Below are positions 11,516 through 23,893 of a stretch of 64,000 nt of DNA, piece after piece; within the stretch, counting starts at the first letter, position 1, and each line of letters starts with the position of its first letter. The DNA comes from Felis catus. Lineage: Eukaryota. Both the position numbers and the translations under genes were made by a program. The notes below the pieces were generated by a model. The model was given only the letters and a program-made list of their open reading frames with translations, was not told where the DNA came from and made no database searches. The stretch is taken from positions 61,194,001 to 61,258,000 of the forward strand of contig NC_058377.1 in assembly GCF_018350175.1 (NCBI RefSeq), written 5' to 3'.

Positions 11516-14500
11516 AATTTTTTAATTAATAAATTCATTCAGAGAAGATCGAGATACCTGTACTCACATATGCCTAGAGACCCAAACAAGCAGATTTTTT
11601 GTACATCTGAAGTTTTCTTTTGTATTGTCATAAATTATGTTACACTACATCCAGAGATCCAAGCACACAAAGACTCTTCAACTTTTTGAATACAACATAA
11701 AGCCTCCTTCAAAAGCACACCACTTTAATGCTCAAAAGTGCATTCAAATATGCATGGATATATTAATAATCTTATATTGTAAAGCACAAGCAAAGCACTT
11801 TGTTATACCTACTAAAACATACCCTGCATTTTTTCTTAGAACTATTAGTCTTCCTACACTTCAGCCTGGAAATCAACATGTGGGTGTGGAGGCGGCACAC
11901 AGAAATATCAACTACCTTCTTTTAGAAAATCCATTTAGGTGAAATGTTTATGTCCCACAAAGGTTTACAATGAAGTATTTCTATACTTTGTACTGTCTCT
12001 TATCTGTGTAGATTAACTAGTTTGAAGATGAACTACATCAAATATTATGATAGTTAATGTGACTAAGAGAATGTAGGAGTCTGGAGTGTTTTGAAAATAA
12101 AGGCTATAGGGAGAAAAGGTTGGCTATGGCTTGATCTTGACCAATTGATCACCTCAATAAACAGACACAGTTTTTTCACCTTATTCCAAATATTTTTCCT
12201 CCCATAAGATTTGCAATGACTCATCACATCTAATGTTGAGCGGAAAGAAACTGTTCTTTGCTCACAGCTGTCTCAGACCTCAAAGCCTATCTGGTCAAGC
12301 AGCTTTATTGCTATATTAATTCTAATTTGGGGTATATATGACCTTGTGCTCTCTATACTTCAGAGCTAATTAACCTATATTTTTATCAGTTATGGAGAAA
12401 AAAGGTCCATTCTACCTTCTAAGTATATTACATGTCTATGATCTTTATTCTGAGCTTTACTAAGTGTATTTGAAGAGATGAATAAATTACCTTTTTGACG
12501 ATCTCATAATTCTATAAATGCAGATGTTTGAATGTAGCCCTCTCCTCTCCTTCTCTGTCTTGTATCTCTATCTTAACTCACCCAAATCAAAAGCTGGGAG
12601 TCATCCAGAGAGTCAGTTTCTACAGGGAGTACATGCTAAGAAGTGTGCTCAGTGAACATGAGCTATCATTACATCCACGTCTAAATTCCACTGGATTAAA
12701 GAGTGTAGATGGCAGGGAAATCAGTGGTCCTCTGGGACACAGGGCCTTTTCCCCAACTACAAGAACTAAATTCCTTATAGGTATAACAACCATTATTTAC
12801 TATCCCTTAAGATAAGAAATAGAAACATCATTATTTCCCAAAGGTCTGCTGAGTGCTTTGACATGGAATATATTTGCAGAATTTATCAGGAAAAAATATT
12901 ATAAAACCATAGAATCAAGGGAAAGGATTATGTTTATGCACTGAGAGATCATCATTTTCTAGACCCTAGGCTTAGTGCTTAAAATCCCTTCTCCCACTGA
13001 ACTTCCAAAACTTCTGGAAATAGAATATGATCACTAACTATATGAGGAAACAGAGAGACTGACAGATTAAATATTTTCTGTAAAAATTTATAGCTAATAA
13101 GGAGTAATATCAGGATCTGAATCCAGATATCTCTGGCTCCACGTTTCATTTACTTAACTACTCTATCACTAAGGTTTGAAAATGAAGTATGCTTGAATTA
13201 AGGTTTATATTCTTTCCTATGCAAAGCAGTAAGGGGCCTAGATTACAACTGATAACATCCAATAGAACTAGCAAATGCCTTTATAATCTGGTCCCTACTA
13301 GCCCTTTGGCATTACCTTCTGCTAAAGGGCTCATCTTTGAGTTTTCTTACGTCTCAGCCAACCTAGACATTTTTAAAATGTCTACTTTAAGATTCTGTTT
13401 CATGTTTTTGCTTCTGCCTCTAACATTCTCTCCATTTCTCACATCATGTCTTCTCATTTCCTGCTAATTTTAAGGTTACAGATAGAGTAACATTGGACTT
13501 TTTTTTAAATCAAGTTATGTTTGTTACATTTCTATTCCACCTGTATTCTTCTACTCTCTCATTTATCACATTAGTAAATATTTATTAAACCAATATTATG
13601 ACAGTCTAGGGGTTTAGTAGGCAGTGATGCCAGTCATATAACCCTGGGGACACTGACCTCATACAGTGATGCCTCTGGACTTAGGGAAAGGAAATTATGT
13701 CTTGTTGTGTGCCATTGATATATTAAAATGTTGTTGAATGAGTGAGTCAATCCATGAATGAATGAATGAATGAATGAAAGGAGAAAATGAATAATTTAAA
13801 ATGCCTTAGGAAAATTCTAGGTTAACACCCTTTCCGGAAAACAATTACAACATCATCATTGTGATTGTAATCATCACAATTAAAACATTCATCAAGTGCT
13901 TATGATATACCAGGAATTTTGCTAAATTCTTCATAAGTGTGATAATCTCTCTTTATAGGCACGTACACACTCACTCACACAAACACAGTCACAACCTTAT
14001 AAAGAAGGTGCCATTATTTTCAGCATTTTCTGCCTGATAATGTGTGCCCCATATCTGAATTATTGAACTTCGCATCTTCCTTGGAGATTGTAGTTGCTAA
14101 TAACCTGGTTTTTCAATTTCTTGATCTCTTCTCCTCTAAAGGTCTTATTCTCTATCCTGTTGCACATAGTACCCCACATTCCATAGTCTAGGTTTTATTA
14201 CCAATAAACCTGAATCTTTCATAATCTCATATTAATAATCTCAAACTCAAGTCATCCGTTCATCACTTGTAACCTTATAACTTCCCAGCTTGTTCCCTCC
14301 AGTACTGTATGTTCAACAACCCATTGATAATATTCATCTTCTTCAAACCATCACTTTCTGATTTACCCAGTGTAAAATCCAGGATCGGACTCTTACATGG
14401 GGTCTAAACTCCCTTTCCTTTCTTGTGATCTTATCCTGGTGAATATGATCACCTTCATCAATTTTACCCTGAATATACATACAGGGTGTTCTGTAGCAGA

Positions 14501-14892
14501 GACCTAAACAAGATAAATTTCTTATCATATAACCTCATAGTAAATAATAAGTGCAACAACCTTCTGTCCTCTGTTTAGTATTTAATCTAGAAAGATGTGG
14601 TAAGATTCAGGTCAATTGTCCTACAAAAACTACTGGACAGCCCATAGGCAAGGGATCAAGGGATGTGGGAAAAACTTGTCTCTGTTTACAAAGGGGAAAA
14701 AGGCAGTCACACATACTCCTCCCTCTCCCACCAATATATACATACATACATGCATACATGCATACATGCAGGATTTCAATTGGTTGACATTTGTTGAATG
14801 CATGACACAGTATATAGTTAATTTCTGTAAATATCTTGTGCGCTTGGAAAGATAATATATATAGTCTTTGTTATGATATATAATGATCTATA

Positions 14893-15107
14893 GGGGCGCC
14901 TGGGTGGCGCAGTCGGTTAAGCGTCCGACTTCAGCCAGGTCACGATCTCGCGGTCCGTGAGTTCGAGCCCCGCGTCGGGCTCTGGGCTGAGGGCTCAGAG
15001 CCTGGAGCCTGTTTCCGATTCTGTGTCTCCCTCTCTCTCTGCCCCTCCCCCGTTCATGCTCTGTCTCTCTCTGTCCCAAAAATAAATAAACATTGAAAAA
15101 AAAAATT
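14893..15107 (+). mobile_element. Young CAN-SINE (SINEC_Fc)
   Basis: CpG-intact consensus-like body; perfect TSD TATAATGATCTATA. Confidence 0.97.
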
Positions 15108-15267
15108 TATAATGATCTATATATCCATTAAGTCTAGTTGTTAATCATGTTGTTTAAATCTTTATCTGTATCTTTCTTATTGTTTCATAATTTAATGAAA
15201 GAGATCATTTAAAAATCTCAAAATTATGATTAAATTTGCTTATATCTTCTTATAATTCTTCCCCTAT

Positions 15268-15690
15268 GAGAGTGAACAACTGGAAATTGGCTAGGACTTC
15301 TGTGACAATGAACTCTGACCCATGTGGGAAGTCCAGAAAGCTCATCCACAACCTCTACAGCAATTAATCCAAAATGGTCAGGACTTGGTCAACAACTGCC
15401 AACTGCTTATTTTTTTTGTCTCCACTTCCAACACAGGACCCACTACAAATGTGTTAACTAAATCAATCAAGAAGCTCACCTTTAGTGAGCCCACTACCAA
15501 TTTCCACATATTGACAACCATCACTCAGAACATACCTCAGGCCTTGCATGTTATTACCTTCAAACTTCCCACTCTTCTGACAGTCTTTGAATCTCTGCAA
15601 AAGGCAAAGAGTGATGACCAGTACTATTGCTACAGCAAACTCAAAAAACAGTATCTGCTTGTTCTCATTTGTTTATTTCCACAACTGTAT
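15268..15690 (+). mobile_element. Solo LTR, ERV1 class (MER34/MER39-like)
   Basis: Recalled similarity: aactctgaccc..aaatggtcaggacttggtcaa..actgcc..cttccaacacaggacc..tttgaatctctgc..gctacagcaaactc; subfamily uncertain. Confidence 0.6.
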
Positions 15691-16224
15691 TAATGTTTTA
15701 ATGTTTTTTTGAATGTTTTAATGTTTTGTAGTAATTATTAGTTGCATATAGGTTTTAAAATTTCCTGAATTTTGGTTACTTGAATTTCTTTCATTATCAA
15801 ACAGCCACTGTCATATCTAGTAATGTGATCAACCCAAATACTAATTCTGTTACTAATGACATTTTTACAAGCAATTGTTTTTTGTACAAAAGTCTTCAGA
15901 GATTCAGACAGCAATTTCATGTGTTAAATACTGTGAAATACTTTATTGTACGATTCTGGAATAACTGTGAAATGTACTCATCAGCTTATTGGTGAGCCAT
16001 GTTGACTGATATCAGCTGATATATCAAATAGTAATGAGAATGTCATCTGTTAGAAAAACAATGCTTCTCTCAGAAATTTGATTGCAATCTAAAAAGGTTG
16101 CCACATCTCTCTTCTGAATGATTGATGCAAATAAGAATTGTAAGTTCCTGTTTAGAACAGGAATGTTACAACATTAACATTTTTACTTATTTGCACTGAA
16201 AATAAGGAAATCCATTTATAGTAT

Positions 16225-16525
16225 CAGGATGCTTTTCATGAGAACAAAAGGGAAGGTTTCAGAAAGACAAATACTGTATGATCTCACTTACAAGTGGAAT
16301 CTAAGTAAAGAAAAAGCTGACTTCATAGAAACAGAGAACAGGATGGTGACTTCCAGAAGTAGAGTGGGGGGATGGGGCGCTGTAGGTCAAAGGGTACAAA
16401 TTTTCAGCTAAGAAAAATAAGTTCGGAGGATCTGATGTACTGCAGGTGACTGTAGCTAATACCATGGTATTGTAGACTTGAAAATTATTTAGAGTAGATA
16501 TTAAGACCCACTCAGGATGACCACA

Positions 16526-16562
<37 letters not shown>

Positions 16563-16990
16563 TAGTTATGTGATGTGTTGGATGTGTGTATACCAAATCA
16601 CCATGTTACACACTTTTAAATATATACAACTATATTTGTCAATAATTCCTCAATAAAGTTAAAAAAATAAAATGGAAGCAGAGAACAGCGGTTACTAGGG
16701 GCTGAGGGGAAAGGAAAATGGAGAGATGTCAGCCAAGGGGTACAAAATTTCAGTTATGGAAAGTAGATACATTCTGAGTCTAATGTATAGTGTAAGGACT
16801 ATGGATAGCTGTACTGTAAACTTGAAATGTGCTAAAAGGATAGATCCCAAGTATTCTCACCACATACAAAAGAGAGGAAACTATGTGAAGTGATGGATAT
16901 GTTAATAAGTTTGTAGCAATTACTTCACAAAATATACACATACACAAAATAACCAAGTTGTGCATTTTAAGTATATAAAACAAAAAAGGG
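16225..16990 (+). mobile_element. Two adjacent L1 3' end fragments (older L1M/L1_Carn type)
   Basis: agacaaatactgtatgatctcactta..aagggtacaaa..ggagatctgatgtac..; a second similar 3' end from about 16670. Confidence 0.75.
16528..16560. repeat. (CA)n microsatellite
   Basis: Perfect CA run. Confidence 0.95.
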
Positions 16991-17863
16991 TACATTATTT
17001 AAAACATGGTCTAAGTAATAAATATACATTGTTAAACATTAAAAGTGAAATTTTTTAAATGGCAGGTTTCATGTATGGGGCCTATTTGAGATTTGTGACC
17101 AATGAAACATTTTGGAACTTACGCTTCCAAAATTGTTTTGAATAAATTTGAGCAAATATCAATGAAGATCTGTACTGAGTTAAATGTTAATTATGATCTG
17201 AAAAAAAATATTTTCCTTTCTTTAAAAAAATCTGTATGGTATTAGGTTCCCCCATTCTTTTACTTCAACATCTCTGTATGCTCTTTGTACTACTTTTATA
17301 CAGTAGATGATTATTTTTAAACTGATTTTTAACTATAGTCTTTTGCATTGACATTAATTGTTTAGATAATTGGTTTTGCTTTGCTATTTTTTTTTTTTTG
17401 TATTTTAAGTTGTCAGGTAAATTTTCTGCTCCTTTTTGCATTTTCTAGATTTATTATTTTTGTCATCCTGGTTATCCTCTATTAATTTAGTAATTATGTT
17501 TTCTAATATTTGTTACTAGTCTCCATGGAAACTAAAACATACTGATGGCCAATTTTGAATTTGCAGACTTCAGAAGTAATTCACACACAAAAAAATAATT
17601 TCTCCTAGGTTTTTGTATTACTAAAGTTGGAATTTCCTTGATTTTGTTTGATGAGCACATTAAATCATTTTCCAGAGGAAAGGCTTCAGACTAGTTTACA
17701 TACTATAGCGGAGACAAAGATTCTTCAAATAAGACAAGGATAATTTAGAGTCTTTTCTCAGAGGTTAGGATGACACTACAATATAGAGAAACATCTTTAA
17801 AGTCTTTAAATAAAGACTCACAAAATACCCATCGTGAGTTGTTTTTTGGGTTTTGGGGGGTTT

Positions 17864-17864
<1 letters not shown>

Positions 17865-17899
<35 letters not shown>
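17865..17899. repeat. Compound (TG)n(AG)n microsatellite
   Basis: Direct reading. Confidence 0.9.
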
Positions 17900-17900
<1 letters not shown>

Positions 17901-17937
17901 ACAGTATTTTTATTTTCTTCCTTTTTCCTTTGGTTGC

Positions 17938-18127
17938 TTTTTTTTTAAATTTGTTTTTAAATTTGAGAATGAGAGAGGCAGAGAGAGAGGGAGAGAGAGA
18001 ATCTTAAGCAGGCTCCGCACTATCAGCGCAGAGCCCAACACAGGGCTCAATCTCAAGAACCATGAGATCACGACCTGAACCGAAGTCAAGAGTCAGATGC
18101 TTAACTTACTGAGCCACCCAGGCACCT
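17938..18127 (-). mobile_element. CAN-SINE
   Basis: SINE body ending gagccacccaggcacc. Confidence 0.92.
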
Positions 18128-18953
18128 CTGTTGTTTAATTTTTTAATATAAAAATATTTCAATTATATAATCACAAAAATATAGTCATTGTCATTGTGAA
18201 AATATTAAAATAATCTATATCATATAAGGTCAATATAATGCCACATGCAACATCTTCCTTTAATATTAAGACCCTACTGTTAGTTACTTTGAAAAGACTA
18301 TTCTAACTGAAAGGAAAATCTGTTTGTAGATTTTTAGTTCATCACCATAATTTTCTTTCTCTTTTTTTTCTTTCATTTTATAATTTGTCTCCAAACTAAG
18401 AATATCCAAAGGATACCCTATTCTGGAGGCAAAACATTTCTTAAGTTCTGTGGCACAAACTGACATAAAAAACCTGTACATGAATTATACAAATCAGTTC
18501 TCTTAAAAATTAACGCCAAAGACTGTGCAATTAGTAAAGCCTCAAACATGTCCCCAGTTTCTTTATAATGGAAAGTCACCACGGAATTTCTTTCTCCTCC
18601 CTTCTCTGAATTCACCGCATGATGTTCACAAATGCCTCTTTTTCTGTTATCCTTTTCTCCTGTTGATTCCATGATGAAATCAGATATGGTGAAATCTCAT
18701 ACCCATAGTGGCAAATTTTGATTCAAAAACACATTAATTATTAGAAATGTTTCCTGAGTAGGAAACTTAACCACTGTGTTATCTGGAAAGCAATTGGTTG
18801 ACACATATATTATAAATGTAAAACTTACGAATCTAAGATTAAAAATATCTCCTAAATTTACTTGGAATGTGATCTGTGAAATTATGATCAACTTTAAGGG
18901 AAGTAGATATATAGGACTTTTGGTATAATGGGTCAAATCAATCCTGTGAAATT

Positions 18954-19187
18954 GAGGGTATCTGGGTGGTTCAGTCAGTTAAGCCTGGGACTCTTGATTT
19001 CGGCTCAGGTCGTGATTTCACAGTTTGTGAGATCGAGCCCCATGTCAGTCTTTGTGCTGAGCGGGAAGCCTGCTTAGGGATCTCAATCTCTCTCCCTCTC
19101 TCTCACTCTCCCTCTGCCCCTCTCCCCTGCTTGTTCATGCTCTCTCTCTCTCTCTCTCTCAAAATAAATTAATAAACATTTTTAAAA
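18954..19187 (+). mobile_element. CAN-SINE
   Basis: Head, CT tract, tail; TSD CTGTGAAATT. Confidence 0.92.
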
Positions 19188-19285
19188 ATTCTGTGAAATT
19201 ATGATCAACTTTAAGGGAAGTGGAAGCAGAACTTCTGGTATAACAGGCTCAATCAGTTTGCTGCCATCTTAAGAAGTCCAGGCCA

Positions 19286-19503
19286 GGGGCGTCTGGGTAG
19301 TTCAGTCAGTTAAGTGTCTGACTTTGGCTCAGGCGACGATCTCACAGTTCGTGAGTTCGAGCCCCATGTACGGCTCTGAGCTGATAGCTGACAGCTGGGA
19401 GCCTCCAGCTGCTTCACATTCTGTGTCTCCACTCTCTCCACCCCTCCCCTGCTCACACTCTGTTTCTATCTTTCTCAAAAATAAATATTTAAAAAAAAAA
19501 AAA
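19286..19503 (+). mobile_element. CAN-SINE
   Basis: ggggcgtctgggtagttcagtcagttaag head; A tail. Confidence 0.92.
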
Positions 19504-20575
19504 GGCAGCAGCAGCAGCCCACGCCAAGGATCACAACAGCTCTCCTGTAAGGTACACTGCTGATATATATCTTAGGCCAACCTCCAGGGCAGTTCCTGAG
19601 ACTACCATCCTTACAGAATCTCTCATCTACAAAAATCATCTTCCCTGCCTTTCTATTGGAAGCACTGAGTGACTACTACACACAAATAAAATAACAGTGC
19701 CAGGAACTTGTGCTCCTGTCCATGCACCTGGTTGTGTCTTCTTCCTGGAGTACACTCAGGTGTCAGAGAGCTGAAAGAATAGCCAGCTGCCTGCCCACCT
19801 GTTATCCTGTGGGGGGAAGGGATACAGGATGGCAGTAGAATAGATAATATCTCATGGAATACATGGCAACCGGCACATGACTTCTAACGACAGGTCCCTT
19901 CCAGGGACCTCTGATCCTCTTAGTCTAGTGTCCTCGCCATGGAAAATACCTGATACAACCAAGATTTGGGCTTGAGAATCACATGGGGAGAATCTCTCAG
20001 CATCAGATTCATGAAAATAATAGTTTCATCCACATGTATAACAAGCACATACAGAAATTATGGACATGGACAATATCATTGGAAAAAGTATATTCAGAAC
20101 CCCCACTACCAGATTTTCCAGCCTATAAACATACTAAATGCAATAGTCTAAAACTTTAAAATTGTAACTTGAGTCATTGATTTCCTACCGACAGAGGTAG
20201 GACAAGTACTTCTATTATATAAACAATACATTTTCCCAACAGTACACTTTCAAGATAGAAGAGAAGGGGCACTTTTGGGGGGTGATGAAAATGTCTTCTA
20301 CTATGATTGTGGGGTGGGTTACACAGGCCGTACATTTGTTAAAACTTATCTAACTGTCCACTTAAGATCGGCCAATTTCACTGTATTTTTACACTCAAAA
20401 AATGAATTCATACATTACAAATGCAACAGTCTAAAATTTGTTAAAAATGTAACAAGTCATTGGTGTCTTAATGACAGAGTGAACACACATTATCTGAGAA
20501 GAAAGAGAAAAGACTGGAAAAGGGCACCCTTGATAATTAACCTGGAACAACAGCTGTAAATTAAGAATGTCTTAC

Positions 20576-20761
20576 GGGGCGCCTGGGTGGCGCAGTCGGT
20601 TAAGCGTCCGACTTCAGCCAGGTCACGATCTCGCGGTCCGTGAGTTCCAGCCCCGCGTCAGGCTCTGGGCTGATGGCTCGGAGCCTGGAGCCTGTTTCCG
20701 ATTCTGTGTCTCCCTCTCTCTCTGCCCCTCCCCCGTTCATGCTCTGTCTCTCTCTGTCCCA

Positions 20762-20796
<35 letters not shown>

Positions 20797-20798
20797 AA
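20576..20798 (+). mobile_element. Young CAN-SINE (SINEC_Fc)
   Basis: CpG-intact, nearly identical to the 14893 copy; (TAAA)n tail; TSD AAGAATGTCTTA. Confidence 0.97.
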
Positions 20799-22248
20799 GA
20801 ATGTCTTAGGCAAATGTAGGTGAATGGGCATGGAAGCGAAAATTTCAGCATGTTTTCAGATTGTCTGTTTTCTTCATCCTGCAACTGCTGCTTGAGTGAA
20901 TTTACTCGTAATTGGCCAGACCACCACACTTATATGTTCAAAACATGTGAATATTTACCTTAACTAAGACCTTCTCCCTTAGGACATATACAATTCAATA
21001 TTCCACGTGAATCTCAAACCTGCCATGTCCAAATTAAATGTATTACACTAGCCCTCAAACTTCTAGTCCTGCATCCATGATGTCAAAGGAATAATGCCAA
21101 ATGTATGCAGTTTTCCAAAACAGAAAAATGTACACTCTACTTATAGTTAAATTACATATGGAGTGTTAGTGAATGCAGAGATGTTAGTCTTTGTGCCTAG
21201 CTATGGATGTTAAGTTCGTAGGATAAAGACATAAGGAGTGAGAAAAAGTTTCACAGCACAAATATCACTCCCCTTTTCAGACGGCTGCTAGTTTTTAAAT
21301 AATATTTTTAAAAGATGAGAAACATATAGTGAAAGCTGAGGAAAATGAACAAGAAAAGAAGATAGTCTTAGATATTGGGGTAATAAAAGGGGGAAATATT
21401 TAAATTTGTTAATAACAGATTTCACATTCTGGGTCTTGATATTAAGTTCAAAGTCAACTAATCAATAGGGAAAACTGAATATACATGGTAGCCTGGTGGT
21501 TTATTATAACTACTACCAATCAAATTTAAAATATATGGAACTATACTTTAGCAGTCAGTAGAATCCAGCATATGAAGTACCCCGTGCCTCTATCAAAATT
21601 GCTCTAGAAACCATAGAAGCCCTAATACCAATGTTGGTATTTTCACACAAACACGTTTCTGAATTTAATTTTTATTTTTATATTTTTGTTTTCCTTGACT
21701 GGGTGATCATTTCTTCTTACTTACATTTTTAAGTCTTTGTGCATTATTAGTCTATTCATGTACCTTGAGACATTAATTTGATATAATTTGACTAGAGGTA
21801 CAACATTTATTACCTGTTTTTAAAAATCACAGCTATATATATGCCTCAATATTATTTTGCTTACTACTCTATAAAATTCAGCATATAGATCTCAGAGACC
21901 TCTTCCTTTTTTTTTTCCTAAGTATCTTCATAGGTTTGTTTCTCCTTGTACCTACTGTTCATTCTGTATTATAACTCCCTCTGAAAAGTACATATTCAGA
22001 ATGAGATGAACAAATTCATCACCAATATTTATTAAATAAAAAAGGTAAAATAATTTGCTGAGTTAATATTCTTAGAAATTCTAGACATATGATAAATAAC
22101 AACTTTCAGGTGGTAAATGCAATTCAGCCTGTGGGAATAAGAACAGTTAATTATTTTCCCTACATCATCTCTATATATTTCTATATATAGATGATTTCTA
22201 GGTATTTCTATATATCTTGAGCCATCTCTTCTATTGATCAAGCTAAAA

Positions 22249-23193
22249 TCAGACAACTTTGACCTTTAGTGCTCTAAGAACATGCTCCTGTATTTTCTTA
22301 GTCCTTACTCCATACACAATGGGGTTGAGAAAAGGGGGCACCAAAAGGTACATATTTGCAATAAATATATGGACATGTGCAGGCACATTTTTCCCAAAAC
22401 GGTGAGTGAAAATGGAAAAACCAGCTGTGGAATAGAAGACAAGAATAACACAGACATGTGATCCACATGTGCCCAGAGCCTTAAAGCTAGCTTCTCGGGA
22501 TGGCAGGCGGAATACAGAGCGCAGGATGAAGGCATAGGATACAGCAGTGAGAATGGCATCACATGAGCCAATGATAGAAGCCACACTGAGGCTATAACGT
22601 GTGGTGGCTCCTGTGTCCACACATGCCAGCTTCACCACAGCCATGAACTCACAGTAGGTGTGGGCAATGGTTCGTGTTCTGCAGTAGGGCAGCTGCCTGA
22701 GCAGGATGGGATGTGGAGAAAAGAAGGCTACGCCCCGAATCACCACAATAATACCCATCATGGTGATGCGCGCATGGGTGAGAATGGTAGTGTGGTGCAG
22801 TGGATGACAAATGGCCACGTAACGGTCAATGGCCATGGCCAGGAAAAAACCCGATTCCATGGTGGTAAAGCTATGGATGAAGAACATTTGGGTCAGGCAA
22901 GCATCAAATGTAATGTCATGGGCTCCAAGCCAGAAAAGACAAAGCATGCGGGGCAGTGTAGATGTGGAGAGGACCAGGTCAGTGACGGAGAGCATGCACA
23001 AAAAGAAGAACATAGGCTCATGGAGACTCCGCTCTGCCTTCACCACGGCCAGGATGGTCACATTCCCCACCACAGCCACCACATACATGGAGCAGAAGGG
23101 AATCCCAATCCAGACATGCAGGTGCTCTAGTCCTGGGATGCCCATCAGCAAGAAGGTGATAGGAGAGGGACGAGAGGTGTTGAGAGGAGGCAT
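22249..23193 (-). CDS. Olfactory receptor, class I family 52, intact, 314 aa; paralogue of 7066-8010
   Basis: Same OR motifs (MAIDRYVAIC, HTYCEFMAVVKLAC, THRFG, NPIVY); sequon NTS; about 46 of 314 residues differ from the first gene by hand count; ATG at 23193; candidate acceptor ttttcAG with exon start 23266. Confidence 0.96.
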   Translation of the reverse strand: MPPLNTSRPSPITFLLMGIPGLEHLHVWIGIPFCSMYVVAVVGNVTILAVVKAERSLHEPMFFFLCMLSVTDLVLSTSTLPRMLCLFWLGAHDITFDACLTQMFFIHSFTTMESGFFLAMAIDRYVAICHPLHHTTILTHARITMMGIIVVIRGVAFFSPHPILLRQLPYCRTRTIAHTYCEFMAVVKLACVDTGATTRYSLSVASIIGSCDAILTAVSYAFILRSVFRLPSREASFKALGTCGSHVCVILVFYSTAGFSIFTHRFGKNVPAHVHIFIANMYLLVPPFLNPIVYGVRTKKIQEHVLRALKVKVV

Positions 23194-23671
23194 GACGCTT
23201 TTCCCTTTGCTTTCTGTCACTACTTCTGAAGATGAAGCTGCTATGATAGATGATCATTACCAGATGCTGAAAACATGAAGATTCAGTTCAAGAAGACCCT
23301 TATGTTAAAAACAGTTCAAATTCATAACCAGGTGTATTTCAATTCACTAGGACCAAAGTAACCATATTTGCAACATCACATAAAATACTGTGTTTGAAAA
23401 TACAGAAAGATAATTCATGTATCATTTCATATTATCACAAGGGCAAATAAATCACCTTAACTCCGTAAAAACATTCCCTGTCTATTCAATTGTACTTAAT
23501 TCAACAACTGTTCAGTAAGCAGTGACTGTGTGACAAACCATGTTCCAGGCACTGGGAATAAAGTAATTCACAGATCAGATTTATTCTCATGGAGGTTACA
23601 CTCTACAAGGAAAACATCATAATATGATAAACAATGACTAGCATGTGTGGGTGACAAGAATGCCATATATA

Positions 23672-23893
23672 GGGGCACCTGGGTGGTTCAGTTGGTTACA
23701 CATCTAACTTTAGCTCAGGTCATGATCTCACGGTTCATGGGTTTGAGCCCTGTGTTGGGCTCTGCGTTGACAGCTGAGAGCCTGGAGCCTGCTTCAGATT
23801 CTGAGTCTCCCTCTCTCTCTGTCCTTCCCCCACCCATCCTCTCTCTCTCTGCCTCTCAAACATAAATAAAAAATGTTTAAAAAAAATAAAAAA
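23672..23893 (+). mobile_element. CAN-SINE
   Basis: Full body; TSD GAATGCCATATATA. Confidence 0.93.

Noticed and set aside
14893-14975. tRNA-like sequence with A and B boxes
   Set aside because: Head of a tRNA-derived CAN-SINE, not a tRNA gene; the same applies to all SINE copies and their ORFs
18284-18672. Two overlapping minus-strand ORFs as a possible processed pseudogene
   Set aside because: No recognisable protein similarity, poly(A) tail or TSD
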